From an uncultured Acidobacteriota bacterium (GTDB lineage Bacteria > Acidobacteriota > UBA6911): DNA of 64,000 nucleotides. Made by a program: the position numbers and the translations under genes. The notes under the pieces were generated by a model. The model made no database searches and had not been told where the DNA came from. It saw only the letters and a program-made list of their open reading frames with translations. Positions within the stretch are counted from its first letter, which is position 1. Every line of letters starts with the position of its first letter. This document shows, one piece after another, positions 1 through 13,936 of this stretch. Where the stretch lies: assembly GCA_963843575.1 (NCBI GenBank), contig CAWJKZ010000021.1, positions 1 to 64,000 on the forward strand, written 5' to 3'.

Positions 1-1
1 C

Positions 2-310
2 GCGATGCACGTCAAGGTGGCCGAACAGGGCGCCTGGGTGGAGTTCGACGGCGTCGGCGAGAGCTCGCTCGGCCGGGACCTGGCGCTGGTCCGGAACATG
101 ATCTCCCACGGTGTGCTCGGCCGCACCCTGATTTCCCAGGACGCCGGCTGGTACCACGTCGGCGAACCCGGCGGCGGGCAGTTCCGGGGCTACGACTTCC
201 TGCTGTCGTCGTTCACCGTCGCCCTGCGTGGCGGCGGGTTGCCTGAGGGGCAGCTGCTTGCCTTGCTGCGCGACAACCCCGCGGCGGCCCTCGGGCCGCG
301 CCCCAAATGA
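2..310 (+). CDS. Phosphotriesterase-family (amidohydrolase) protein, C-terminal part, truncated by window edge
   Basis: GAWVEFDG...LISQDAGWYHVGEPGGG...DNPAAAL resembles the PTE-like C-terminus; ORF is open at the window start. Confidence 0.65.
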   Translation, partial: AMHVKVAEQGAWVEFDGVGESSLGRDLALVRNMISHGVLGRTLISQDAGWYHVGEPGGGQFRGYDFLLSSFTVALRGGGLPEGQLLALLRDNPAAALGPRPK

Positions 311-349
311 TTCGCGGCGCCCCGTCGCCTCCTGAATTACAATACCGCC

Positions 350-1739
350 ATGACTATCCCGATCCGGTTCCCCAACTCCGCAGGCCCGCTACCGGGCCGT
401 GTTCCGCTGCATCCGGGGCTGTCCCGGGGCACACCCTCTCAACGAGGTCATCTACCGATGCCCGAGTTGCCAGGACCTGCTGGAAGTGCAGCACGACCTC
501 GAACCGCTCCGCATGACCTCGCCCGAGGAGTGGAAGGACATTTTCGACAGCCGGTTCATGCGCACGCTGTGGCCCTACGGGTCGGGCGTATGGGGCAAGA
601 AGGAATTCGTCTGCCCCGACGTGCAGGACGAGAACATCGTGTCGACCTGCGAAGGGGGGAGCAACCTGTTCTGGGCCGAACAGCTCGGACGCCGATGGGG
701 GCTCTCCGACCTGTGGATCAAGCAGTGCGGCAACAGCCACACCGGTTCGTTCAAGGACCTCGGGATGACCGTGCTCGTCAGCATGGTCAAACAGATGCGG
801 CACGAGGGGCGGGACATCCCGGCCGTGGCCTGCGCGTCGACCGGCGACACGTCGGCCGCGCTCGCCGCCTACTGCGCTACCGCCGGCATTCCCGCCGTGG
901 TCTTTCTCCCGAAAGACAAGGTCTCCGACGCACAACTGGTACAGCCTCTCGCGCACGGTGCCATCACGCTGGCCATCGACACCGATTTCGACGGCTGCAT
1001 GGAGATCGTGCGGGAGGTGACCGCCCGTCACAACATCTACCTCGCCAACTCCATGAACTCTCTGCGCGTCGAAGGACAGAAGACGGTCAGTTTCGAACTG
1101 TGCGAGCAGTTCGACTGGGAGGTCCCCGACCTGGTCGTCATCCCCGGAGGCAACCTCGGCAACGTGAGCGCGCTCGGGAAGGGATTCCTGATGATGCGCG
1201 ACGTCGGGCTGATCGACCGGCTCCCCCGGATCATGTGCGCGCAGGCGGAAAACGCCAACCCGCTCTACAAGAGCTACCTGACGGGTTTCGCCGATTTCGA
1301 GCCCATGCGGGCCAAACCGACCCTGGCGAGCGCGATCCAGATCGGGAACCCCGTCAGCATCCGCAAGGCGGTCCGCACCCTGCAGCAGTTCGACGGCATC
1401 GTCGAACAGGCGTCCGAGCAGGAGTTGGCGGAGGCCGCGGCGGAAGGGGACCTGACCGGTCTCTACAACTGCCCCCACACCGCCGTGGCGCTGGCCGCCC
1501 TCAAGAAACGCGTCCGGCTCGGCGACGTGCCGCGCGACGCGCGCGTGGTCGTCATCTCCACTGCGCACGGGCTGAAATTCACCGACTTCAAGACCCGGTA
1601 CCACGCGGCGCAGCTGCAGGGGATACGATCGGAGTTCGCCAACCCGCCGATCGAGGTGGCGGCCTCGTACGGGAGCGTGCGGGACGCGCTTTTTTGCGCG
1701 CTGGACCTGCGCAACGCGCGGCTCTCCAGCCAGCACTGA
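350..1739 (+). CDS. thrC: Threonine synthase; probable ATG at 350 with a 1-nt frameshift near 385-390, main ORF 399-1739
   Basis: [14 protein letters not shown]-lysine motif, [34 protein letters not shown]; TACAAT lies 6 nt before ATG350. Confidence 0.9.
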
Positions 1740-1789
1740 CCCGTCGTCCGGCTGCCCGGGCGCCCGCGCCGGATCATCCTCGCCCCGAC

Positions 1790-1897
1790 CGCGTCCGCGG
1801 GGCATTCTCTTTCGCGCTGTTTGTCGCGGCGGCGCTCGTCCCGGTGGTCTACTCGCTCGTCTACTACAAGCAGCTCCAGCGCCGGGGCGAGTTGTGA
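1790..1897 (+). pseudogene. Orphan C-terminal fragment of a membrane protein (SdpI-like ending)
   Basis: [31 protein letters not shown] has coding-like codon usage but no start codon or RBS. Confidence 0.35.
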
Positions 1898-1958
1898 CGC
1901 GGGCGGCGCCCGCTTGTGTTATGCTCTCGAGCGGTTCTCAACGTCCCGGGAGGTGTTT

Positions 1959-2921
1959 ATGAAAGCATGCGTCGCGCTGCTGGCCATCGTGTTTGCATCA
2001 GCCTTCATCCCTTCTCCAGGGGAGGTCCGGGTCGGGATCATCGGGCTGGACACCTCGCACGTCCGTGAGTTCACGCGGATGATCAATGACGCCTCTGCGC
2101 CGGACCACGTGGCCGGCGCGCGCGTCGTGGCGGCGTACAAGGGGGGGAGCCCGGACGTGGAGTCGAGCGCAAAGCGCGTCGACGGCTTCACGGCCGAACT
2201 GCGCGACAAGTGGAAGATCGAGATCGTTCCCGACATACCGGCGTTGTGCGCGCGAGTCGACGCGGTGCTGCTCGAGAGCGTCGACGGCCGGGTGCATCTC
2301 GACCAGGTGCGACCGGTGTTGCAGGCGCGCAAGCCGGTGTTTATCGACAAGCCGCTGGCCGCCAGCCTGGACCAGGCGCTGGCGATCGCGAAGCTCGCTC
2401 AGCAGGCGGGTGTGCCGTGGTTCAGTGCCTCCAGCCTGCGCTTTCACCCGGCACTCCAGGAACTGAAGACGGCCGCGGGCGACGTGCTCGGGTGCGACGT
2501 GTACAGCCCCTCCCCGACCGAGCCGCACCACCCCGACCTCTTCTGGTATGGGATTCACGGGGTGGAGATGCTGTTTACCCTCATGGGGCCGGGGTGCGAG
2601 TCCGTGACCCGGGTGAACACGCCCGGGACGGACGTCGTGGTCGGGCGCTGGAAGGATGGCCGCCTCGGCGTTTTTCGCGGGATCCGGCAGGGCCAGGACG
2701 GCTACGGAGCGACCGTGTACGGTAGCAAGGCCGTGCGCAGCGCCGCGGCCGAGGGTTCCCCCTACAAGGGACTGGTCGAGGAGATCGTCAAGTTCTTCCA
2801 GACCGGCAAGTCCCCGATCCCGGTGCAGGAAACGCTGGAAATCATGGCCTTCATGCAGGCCGCCGAGACCAGCAAGAGCCAGGGCGGACAGCCGGTCAAG
2901 ATACCCTCCCCGCTGGAGTGA
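1959..2921 (+). CDS. Gfo/Idh/MocA family oxidoreductase with signal peptide
   Basis: GGAGG RBS before ATG1959; [27 protein letters not shown] motifs. Confidence 0.85.
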   Translation: MKACVALLAIVFASAFIPSPGEVRVGIIGLDTSHVREFTRMINDASAPDHVAGARVVAAYKGGSPDVESSAKRVDGFTAELRDKWKIEIVPDIPALCARVDAVLLESVDGRVHLDQVRPVLQARKPVFIDKPLAASLDQALAIAKLAQQAGVPWFSASSLRFHPALQELKTAAGDVLGCDVYSPSPTEPHHPDLFWYGIHGVEMLFTLMGPGCESVTRVNTPGTDVVVGRWKDGRLGVFRGIRQGQDGYGATVYGSKAVRSAAAEGSPYKGLVEEIVKFFQTGKSPIPVQETLEIMAFMQAAETSKSQGGQPVKIPSPLE

Positions 2922-3031
2922 TCGCGCCGTCAATCCGGAGTCCGAGCACGCCGAATCGCGTCACGGCGATCCGCACGGTCGACGGTTCGCCGGCCGCGGC
3001 CCGAGCGGTGTTTGCCGCTGTGCTATATTGA

Positions 3032-6510
<3,479 letters not shown>

Positions 6511-6612
6511 CCCACGACACGACCCGGCAGCGGGGCCCGGACCGACCAGTGAGATCGCTGAGGCCGGAATCGAGCCGGCCCCAACCCCTTTTCTAAAACA
6601 GGAGAGAAAAAG

Positions 6613-6900
6613 ATGATCGTTGTCATCGCCATGGTGCACGCGCGCGCTGGGAAGGAAAAGGAATTGGGAGAAGTCCTGCGGGGACTGGTCGACCCGACCA
6701 GGGTCGAACCGGGATGCATCCAGTACGAACTTCACGTCGCGGCGGGCGACCCGGCCCAGTATGCCTTTTACGAGCGGTGGCAGGATCAGACCGCACTCGA
6801 CCGGCACTTGCAGGCCCCCCACTTCACGTCGGCCGCCTCGTCGTTTGCCCGACTCACCGATGCGGCGCCGAGCATCGGCGTTTACACGCTGGTCGGGTGA
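6613..6900 (+). CDS. ABM-family (putative quinol) monooxygenase
   Basis: TRVEPGCIQYELH, FYERW, HLQAPHF; GGAG RBS. Confidence 0.85.
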   Translation: MIVVIAMVHARAGKEKELGEVLRGLVDPTRVEPGCIQYELHVAAGDPAQYAFYERWQDQTALDRHLQAPHFTSAASSFARLTDAAPSIGVYTLVG

Positions 6901-8138
6901 TGCCAAACGACAGCGTCGCGCCGGCGTCTGTGCCGGGCGGGACCGTCCGGGAGCCGCTCGGCTTCGTCAGAGCGAACGCCCGGCTCATCGGGGTCCTCGC
7001 CCTCGGGCACCTTGCCGTGGACATGAACCAGGGGGCATTCCCGGCGATACTGCCGCTGCTCCGATCGGCGCTTCACCTGTCCTACGGTGCTGCGGGCGTC
7101 CTGGTGCTGGTGTCCAATCTCACCTCGTCCATCGTACAGCCCGTTTTCGGGCTGTACGCCGACAGGAGCAGCTGGCGCTGGCTGCTCCCGGCCGCGCTTC
7201 TCTGCGCCGGGACCGGAATGTCGCTGATCGGGTTCGCCAGGAATTACTGGACGGTGCTCGGCTTGCTGATCGTGATGTCGTTAGGGGTCGCCGCCTACCA
7301 TCCGGAAGGGTTCAAATCCGCCACTGCCGTTGCCGGGGACCGGCGCGCCACGGCGCTCTCCTGGTTTTCGCTGGGCGGCAACGTGGGCTTTGCACTCGGG
7401 CCCCCGTTTGTCACCGCGCTCGTGACCGAGGTCGGGCTGTATGGCACGGCCGGCTCCATGATTCCGACCCTGATCGTGCTCGGGTTGCTCCTGGGCTACA
7501 TGCCGCGCCTCCTGGCGCGCCACACCGGGGGAGGCCAGCCGGCGGTTCGGATGACCGGCCGCAACATGCCGCGGGCGGTCGCGCTGCTTATGCTGGTCGT
7601 CATGTTTCGCTCCTGGACGCAGTTGGGTTTTGTGACCTTCCTGCCCTTTTACTACACGGACTACCTCAAGGCGCCTCCCCGGCTCGTCGGGCCGCTGCTG
7701 TTTGTCTTCCTCGGCGCGGGAGCCCTCGGCACGATCATCGCCGGCCCTCTGGCAGACCGGTGGGGCGCCCGCCGGTTTATCGTGTGGGCGATCCTGGCGT
7801 CGGTCCCGTTGGGGAGCTCGTGCCTGCTGTTGCGCGGAGCGGCATCCTGGGTGATGCTCGGCGTGTTCGGGATCGTCCTGGTCTCGACGTTCTCGATCAC
7901 GGTCGTGCTCGGCCAGCAGTACCTGCCCAACAACCCCGGCCTGGCCAGCGGTCTCATCGTCGGCTTCGCCATTGGAGCCGGCGGGGTAGGGGTTGCGATG
8001 CTGGGCTGGGTAGCCGATCGCTGGGGGCTGCCGGCCGCATTGTGGATTTCGGCGCTCATGCCTGTCGCCGGATTTGCCGCGGCGCGCGGTCTGCCGGTCC
8101 CCGACGCTCACCTTGCGCTGGTAAGACGAGAGGACTAA
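6900..8138 (+). CDS. MFS transporter (Fsr/fosmidomycin-resistance-like)
   Basis: About 12 TM segments, HLAVDMNQG, QPVFGLYADR, YHPEG, GPLADRWG; ATG overlaps the upstream TGA. Confidence 0.85.
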   Translation: MPNDSVAPASVPGGTVREPLGFVRANARLIGVLALGHLAVDMNQGAFPAILPLLRSALHLSYGAAGVLVLVSNLTSSIVQPVFGLYADRSSWRWLLPAALLCAGTGMSLIGFARNYWTVLGLLIVMSLGVAAYHPEGFKSATAVAGDRRATALSWFSLGGNVGFALGPPFVTALVTEVGLYGTAGSMIPTLIVLGLLLGYMPRLLARHTGGGQPAVRMTGRNMPRAVALLMLVVMFRSWTQLGFVTFLPFYYTDYLKAPPRLVGPLLFVFLGAGALGTIIAGPLADRWGARRFIVWAILASVPLGSSCLLLRGAASWVMLGVFGIVLVSTFSITVVLGQQYLPNNPGLASGLIVGFAIGAGGVGVAMLGWVADRWGLPAALWISALMPVAGFAAARGLPVPDAHLALVRRED

Positions 8139-8344
8139 GTACACAGTCTCATAAGTACGCTGACGTATTTTTCAGGACGCAGAACAACACGGGCGATGAA
8201 AAACAAAAGCCAAAACAGAACGCAGATTCCGCGGATCCAACGGATTCACGCGGATCGACCGCGGCCTGTCGCCAGGTCGATCTGTGGGGATCCGCGCGCA
8301 TCCGCGTCCTGACAAATACGTTGGCGTATTTGTAAACATCAGTC
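8139..8344. repeat. MITE-like non-autonomous element with imperfect ~38-bp terminal inverted repeats
   Basis: Left end ...TACGCTGACGTATTTTTCAGGACGC versus reverse complement of the right end ...TACGCCAACGTATTTGTCAGGACGC; partial second copy at 62814-62905. Confidence 0.7.
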
Positions 8345-8413
8345 GGGGGAATCGGGGTCGCCTTGACCGGGGACCTCTTCCGTGGCCTCAGCAGGGCTCT
8401 CGACGGCGCAGCG

Positions 8414-9892
8414 TCACCGGCGCAGCGCGGCGCGGTTGAGATCCAGGTCCTTTGAGGGGATTACCTGCGCGTCTGGAAACCGCTTGCGGATGTCGTCGAG
8501 AAAGAGCTTCGCGTTTCCCGACAGCACGATTTTCGCCCCGGCCGGATCCAGGTGGGAGCGGGCGAACTGCTGGACCTGTGCGGCCGTCACGGCCCGGACG
8601 TTGTCGACATACCTGTTGATCTGGTCGAGTTCCAGACCATAGAGCGCGAGCGAGGCGATCTGGGCGACAATGCCGTCGATGGTCTCGAGGCTCCGGCCGA
8701 AATTGCCGATCAAGGCGGCTTTGCGGGCGGTCAGTTCCGGTTCGGCGACCTGCTCGATTTCGAGGCGGCTCATTTCCGCGAGCGTCAGGGAGGCGACCTC
8801 GCCGCCGGATTCGTTCTTTGTCTGAGTTATCGCCAGCAACGGTCCGGGTTCGCGCCGGGCGTCGAGCCGGCTGGACGCGCCGTAGCTGAGGCCTCGTTTG
8901 ATGCGGATTTCCTGGTTGAGCCGGGCCGAGTAGCCGCCGCCCAGGACCGAGTTCGCCACGATGGCCTCGAAGTACGACGGGTCCGCGCGGCGGACCGCCC
9001 GGCACGCGACCGCGACGGCGACCTGCCCGGATTCGGGCATGTCGATGACCAGAGCGCGCGGGGGGGTCCGGCCGACGTCGACGGTCCGGGCCCCGCCGGC
9101 CGCGGGAAGCGGACCGCCGGGCCTCGCCCAGTCGCCGAAGAGCTTCTCCGCCAGCCGGAAAGCTGCGGGCGCACGGACGTCGCCGCCGATGACCAGCACG
9201 GCGTTGTCGGGCCGGTACACTTCCCGGTGCAGCCGCAGGATGTCGTCCCGTGTAATGCGCGCGACCGACTCCGGGGTCCCCGATCGGGGGTGACCGTAAG
9301 GGCCGTCCCCGAACACGGCGCGGGCGGCCACGAGCGAGGCGACCGCACTCGGCTCGCGCATCGACACCTTGATGCTGTCCAGGGTCTGCTGCCGCACGCG
9401 GTCGATCTCTTCCTGGTTGAACGACGCGTGGCGCACGACGTCGGCGAGGATTGCCAGCGCCGGTTCGAACTTGGAGGCGAGCACGTTCACATAGACATTC
9501 GAGGAGTCCCAGGCGGCGCCGGATTCCAAGCTTCCTCCGAGGGATTCCACCGCCTCCGCGATTTCGGGCGCGCTCCGGGTCCGGGTCCCCTTGGTAACGA
9601 GGTCCGCGGTCATCTCGGCGAGCCCGCTCTCGTCCGGGGGGTCGGTCTCGGCCCCGCTCCTGACGAGCAGGCGCGCGGAGATCAGCGGTATGTCGCTCTT
9701 CTCGATCGCGATCACCCTTAGGCCGTTGGTCAGCGTGGTTTCCTGGGGTTTGGGTATCCGGGCCGGCCGGGGTTCGGACGGCGGAGGCGGCGTTTCCTGC
9801 GGGGCGGCGGTCGAGTGGAGGTGTCCCATGGCAATCAGGAGTGCCGTGCCGGCGGCCATCAAACGGCGGCGTGGTCCTGCGCTGGTTCTCAC
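8414..9892 (-). CDS. M16 (pitrilysin) family peptidase, non-catalytic subunit
   Basis: LTNGLRV, no HXXEH (LAEMTADL instead), RLNQEIRIKRGLSYG; signal-like N-terminus. Confidence 0.88.
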   Translation of the reverse strand: MRTSAGPRRRLMAAGTALLIAMGHLHSTAAPQETPPPPSEPRPARIPKPQETTLTNGLRVIAIEKSDIPLISARLLVRSGAETDPPDESGLAEMTADLVTKGTRTRSAPEIAEAVESLGGSLESGAAWDSSNVYVNVLASKFEPALAILADVVRHASFNQEEIDRVRQQTLDSIKVSMREPSAVASLVAARAVFGDGPYGHPRSGTPESVARITRDDILRLHREVYRPDNAVLVIGGDVRAPAAFRLAEKLFGDWARPGGPLPAAGGARTVDVGRTPPRALVIDMPESGQVAVAVACRAVRRADPSYFEAIVANSVLGGGYSARLNQEIRIKRGLSYGASSRLDARREPGPLLAITQTKNESGGEVASLTLAEMSRLEIEQVAEPELTARKAALIGNFGRSLETIDGIVAQIASLALYGLELDQINRYVDNVRAVTAAQVQQFARSHLDPAGAKIVLSGNAKLFLDDIRKRFPDAQVIPSKDLDLNRAALRR

Positions 9893-11271
9893 CGCGCACC
9901 CCCTTTCCTGGAGTCGTTCGGTTTCTGTTCGCCCGGTTCCGGCAGGTAACGGAGAACCACGCGGTTGCTGGTCGTGAGGTAGCGCCGGGCAACGCGCTGG
10001 ACGTCGGGGGCAGTCACGGCCTGGATGCGGCCGATGTCGGAGTCTGCCCGTGCCGGGTCCCCGAACAGGACTGCGGCCCGGGCCAGTGCGAATGCCTTTC
10101 CTTCGTTTGTTTCCCGCTGGTGCAACTCCCCGGTGACGAGCTGATTCTTGGCCTTGTCCAGCTCGGCGGCAGTGACCGGCTTGGATTTGAGCAGATCCAA
10201 TTCGGCCGTCAGACTCTTTTCGGCCTCTTGGACGGTCTTGCCGCCGGCGAGGATGGCTCCGGTCACGAAGAGTCCGGCGTCTTCGCGCAGGTCGGCGTTG
10301 GCGAAAATCTCCTGTGCGACCTGCTGCCGGTAGACGAGCGACTGGTACAGCCGGGACGAGTCGCCTTCGGACAGGAGCGCCTGCGCCACACGGAACACGG
10401 GCGCATCGTCGCCGGTGACCGGCGGGATCAGGAAAGTCATGGCGACGGCCGGCAGGGGGACGTTGGGCCCGAACTCGGTGTAGCGCGCCTCCACGGAGCG
10501 CGCCGGTTCCCTGACCGCGACGCGGGGGATTGGCACGGCCGGTTTAGGGATGGGACCGAAAAACTGGTCGACCCACCGGTCGAGCTGTTGCGGGTCGAAA
10601 TCGCCCGCCACGACGAGCACCGCGTTGTCGGGGCGATAGAACACGGAGTGAAATTTCCGGACGTCCTCGAGGCTGGCCGCCTCGAGATCCTCGATGCTGC
10701 CGATGCCGGGGCGGCGATACGGGTGGGTCGTGAAGGACTTCTGTTCGATCAGGTAAAACAATCTGCCGTACGGCGGAGCGAGGACCGTTTGCCGGAACTC
10801 CTCCTCCACCACCGCCCGTTCGGACTTGAAGTTAGCCTCGTCGACCCTCAGCGACGACATGCGGTCCGCTTCGGCCCAGAGCAGCGTCTGGAGATAGTTC
10901 GAAGGTACCACCTCGTAATAGTTCGTATAGTCGTTATCTGTCGAGGCGTTGTTGTACCCGCCCACGTCCTCGGTGAGCCGGTCCATCATTTCGTCCTTCA
11001 TGTGGCGTGTGCCTTTGAACATCATGTGCTCAAAGAGGTGGGCGAAACCGCTGCGTCCCTGCGGGTCGTCCTTGGACCCCACCCGGTACCAGACCTGGAT
11101 CGCCGCCGTCGGGCTCGTGTGGTTCTCGATGGAGATCAACTGGAGTCCGTTGGGCAGGGCCCGCTGTTGGAATTGCAGTCGTGGAACCTTTGTCTGTCCG
11201 GTCATCGTCCCCTGCAGGCTTGTTGCCAGGACCGCAGCAATCATTGCACACATGGTGATCTGAGTCCGCAT
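9889..11271 (-). CDS. M16 family zinc peptidase, catalytic subunit
   Basis: GFAHLFEHMMFKG (HXXEH), NAST, ERAVVEEE; signal peptide; 4-nt overlap with its partner. Confidence 0.92.
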   Translation of the reverse strand: MRTQITMCAMIAAVLATSLQGTMTGQTKVPRLQFQQRALPNGLQLISIENHTSPTAAIQVWYRVGSKDDPQGRSGFAHLFEHMMFKGTRHMKDEMMDRLTEDVGGYNNASTDNDYTNYYEVVPSNYLQTLLWAEADRMSSLRVDEANFKSERAVVEEEFRQTVLAPPYGRLFYLIEQKSFTTHPYRRPGIGSIEDLEAASLEDVRKFHSVFYRPDNAVLVVAGDFDPQQLDRWVDQFFGPIPKPAVPIPRVAVREPARSVEARYTEFGPNVPLPAVAMTFLIPPVTGDDAPVFRVAQALLSEGDSSRLYQSLVYRQQVAQEIFANADLREDAGLFVTGAILAGGKTVQEAEKSLTAELDLLKSKPVTAAELDKAKNQLVTGELHQRETNEGKAFALARAAVLFGDPARADSDIGRIQAVTAPDVQRVARRYLTTSNRVVLRYLPEPGEQKPNDSRKGGAR

Positions 11272-11381
11272 AGCTCCTTCCTTCGAGGCCCTTTGAGCTC
11301 CCTGGAGCCTTCGAGGCCGCTTTCACGGGTCGAAGCCCTCGAAAATCCGCCAGCATGGCCTTGGCCCTCGCCCGGCATCTT

Positions 11382-13406
11382 TTACACTCCCGGAATCCCA
11401 GACGGCGGCGCACCGACGGCAGCGCCGGAAAGATCCGGGCCGCTCCCCAGCTTCAGGACGAGCATCGTGGCATCGTCGGTCGCTTCGATGGCCCCGCGAT
11501 GACTTCGGACCGCCGCATCGACCTGTCCCAGCATCAGCTCGACGGTCTCCGAGCGGTGCGCGAACAGCAGCGCCTCGAGTCGTGCGGCGCCGAACTCCTC
11601 GCCCTTGTCGTTCTCGCATTCGATCAGGCCGTCGGTGTAGAGGAACAGCGAATCGCCCGGTTGAAGTCGCACGCTGCGCTCCTCGTAACCAGCGCCAGGC
11701 ATGAGTCCCAGGGGACGACCGGTCGAGTCGAGCCGTTCGATGGTGCCGTCGTGATGGAGGGCGAACTGGGTGTTGTGACCGGCGTTGATGTACCGGAGGA
11801 TGCCGGCGTGCACGTCAAGGGTGCCCAGGAACAACGTCAGGTAGAGCTCGACAGGGGTGTTCTGGGCGATGTCGTGATCCAGACGATCCGCGAGCCGCGC
11901 CAGGTCGTGCTCGAGGGGAAGGCGGGCCTGGATGGTCGCCTGCAGGTTGGCCATCAGCAACGCCGCCGGCAACCCCTTGCCCGATACGTCGCCGACGAGC
12001 AGGCCGACACTGCCGTCCTGAAGCGGGAAGTAGTTGAAGAAGTCGCCCCCCACCTCGCGGGCCGGGATGGAGACCCCCTTCGCCTCTGCGAATCCGGAAC
12101 TCAGCGGTCGATGGGGCAGCAGCTCCTCCTGAATCCTGCGGCACATCTCCAGTTCATTGCGCAGCCGTTCCTGTTGTACCAGGCTCTTTTCGTGTTCGCT
12201 CAGGTCCCCGGCCATCCGGTTGAAAGCCTGGGCGAGCCGCCCGAACTCGTCGCCGGAACGCACCGGCACGCGGGTGTCGAGGTTGCCGCGGGCCAATCCC
12301 TCCACCCCCTGGGTGAGCGTCTTCAGATCGCGGGTCATGCGGTTTGAGAGGGGCAGTATCCCGATGAGCGCGAGTGCCACGACGCCGAGCCCGAATCCGA
12401 GATTGCGGACCGCGGTGCGACGGATCTGCTGGATGGAGTCGCCGACGGGGCGGGCGATGCCGAACGTGACGCCCGACGCCTCGTCTTTGCGCGTCACGAC
12501 GATCCAGTCGGCGAGCTTGCCCGGGTCGAGCTTCCCCTCGGCAGCCGCAACCAGCGGGAGTTGGGCGAGCTTTGCCCTGTCGGCGGCATCGGCGGCGACG
12601 AGCTCCTTGTTCAAGTCGAGGGCGAAGGGCACCTCCCCCTGCCTGCGCCGGGTGCGCGACAGCACCGAGTGCAGCACGCGGCCGGAGCTGATCTGTGCCT
12701 TGACGGTTCCGACCATCTGGCCGTCGGTGTGGACAGGGTAGGAAAGCCGTTGCGCACGCCGGACTTCGATTTCCCGTATTTGTTCTTTGAGAGCCCGGAC
12801 CGCCCCCGCGGACTCGAACGCTTTACGGAGCGCCTCGGGCGACGAGGCGTTGCCCCCGTCCCGCACATGGGGCACCGCGTCCGATTGGGGTAGTCCGGGG
12901 ACGGGTATCCGGATGACCATGCGCTTGCCGTCCGCGTCCACGGCCGTCCCGCCTCGGGCGGAACCGCCGGTCTCCGCACCGGCCATGCGTATGATCAGTT
13001 CCTCGGGCATGTGCGGGATCCCCGGCGGCGGCATGCGCATGCGCGCCCCTGCCGAAGCTTCGGGGGGCGGGGGGACCGGCGGTGCCGAGGGTTTGAACTC
13101 GAGTGCCTCGAGCAGCGATGCGGCGTCACCGATCTCCGCCATGAGGCGGGCCGACAGCGGCTGCCCGTCCTCGCCAGCCATCATCCTGCGAAACGGAAAG
13201 TTCCCCAGGCGCTCGATCCTGCGACTCAAGTCGCCGCGGACCGACTCCATCCGCACGCCTATGTCGTCGGCCAACGCGCCGGACTCCGACTCGACGACCA
13301 GCCGGAAAGCGGCCAGAGAGGCGCGGTAGGAATAGATGCTGACGACCGTCAACGGCACGACGGCGAGCAGGAAAAACGCAAGTATCAGCTTGGCGCGGAC
13401 ATTCAT
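11382..13406 (-). CDS. Membrane HAMP-domain PP2C/SpoIIE (RsbU-like) Ser/Thr phosphatase
   Basis: Two TM helices, HAMP (DEFGRLAQAFNRM), VGGDFF, GDVSGKG, YTDGL, DDAT. Confidence 0.9.
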   Translation of the reverse strand: MNVRAKLILAFFLLAVVPLTVVSIYSYRASLAAFRLVVESESGALADDIGVRMESVRGDLSRRIERLGNFPFRRMMAGEDGQPLSARLMAEIGDAASLLEALEFKPSAPPVPPPPEASAGARMRMPPPGIPHMPEELIIRMAGAETGGSARGGTAVDADGKRMVIRIPVPGLPQSDAVPHVRDGGNASSPEALRKAFESAGAVRALKEQIREIEVRRAQRLSYPVHTDGQMVGTVKAQISSGRVLHSVLSRTRRRQGEVPFALDLNKELVAADAADRAKLAQLPLVAAAEGKLDPGKLADWIVVTRKDEASGVTFGIARPVGDSIQQIRRTAVRNLGFGLGVVALALIGILPLSNRMTRDLKTLTQGVEGLARGNLDTRVPVRSGDEFGRLAQAFNRMAGDLSEHEKSLVQQERLRNELEMCRRIQEELLPHRPLSSGFAEAKGVSIPAREVGGDFFNYFPLQDGSVGLLVGDVSGKGLPAALLMANLQATIQARLPLEHDLARLADRLDHDIAQNTPVELYLTLFLGTLDVHAGILRYINAGHNTQFALHHDGTIERLDSTGRPLGLMPGAGYEERSVRLQPGDSLFLYTDGLIECENDKGEEFGAARLEALLFAHRSETVELMLGQVDAAVRSHRGAIEATDDATMLVLKLGSGPDLSGAAVGAPPSGIPGV

Positions 13407-13475
13407 GACAGCCCTCGGTGCGTGATCCCGGTCGCACCAGATCGTACCATAGGAGGCGGCCGTCCAATGGTCAGT

Positions 13476-13630
13476 CTAGGACTGCGGCGCCTCGGCGCCG
13501 GTTTCACTCACATCCTACGGGCGGAAGGCCCGATTGTTTCGGTGCCGCGCCGAATGGCGAGATGCGATCCTCCTGTAACCTTGCCTTGCGGCGGCGCCGA
13601 GGCGCCCCCGGCAAAACCGCCGCACTCTAG
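13476..13630. repeat. Inverted pair of REP-like GC-rich palindromic units
   Basis: GGACTGCGGCGCCTCGGCGCCGGTTT at 13479 and GCGGCGCCGAGGCGCC...GCCGCACTCTAG at 13591-13630. Confidence 0.55.
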
Positions 13631-13936
13631 GATCAACCGTCGGGCAGCCCGATCTTCTGGACCTACTCGAGCGCGAACTCGCTCGACGGCTCTCCCACCC
13701 GGGGAAAGTTTCCCGTCTGGCCGTCGCAAACGCGCGGCCGGATAGGCAATCCGCCTTGGCCGTATGAATTAGCGGTGCCCGGGTCCGCGCACGTCTTGCA
13801 TCGTCCAACTGCACGGAGCGCGGCCCTGACGCTGGCTCTCGTGTGGTTGGGTACGTGCCCCGTTTCGTTTCTGGACTTGGTCCGTTCGAGCATCCTCTAG
13901 CCGGGAGCCAGGGGGTGAATGGATTGCCCGGCCGTT

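Noticed and set aside
8200-8310. CGGAT/CAGAT micro-repeats as a CRISPR array
   Set aside because: No constant 23-47 bp repeats with unique spacers and no cas genes; part of a MITE-like element
8414-11271. M16 protease pair as the bacteriocin maturation protease
   Set aside because: Ordinary catalytic/non-catalytic M16B heterodimer 10 kb away; the PCAT already supplies GG cleavage
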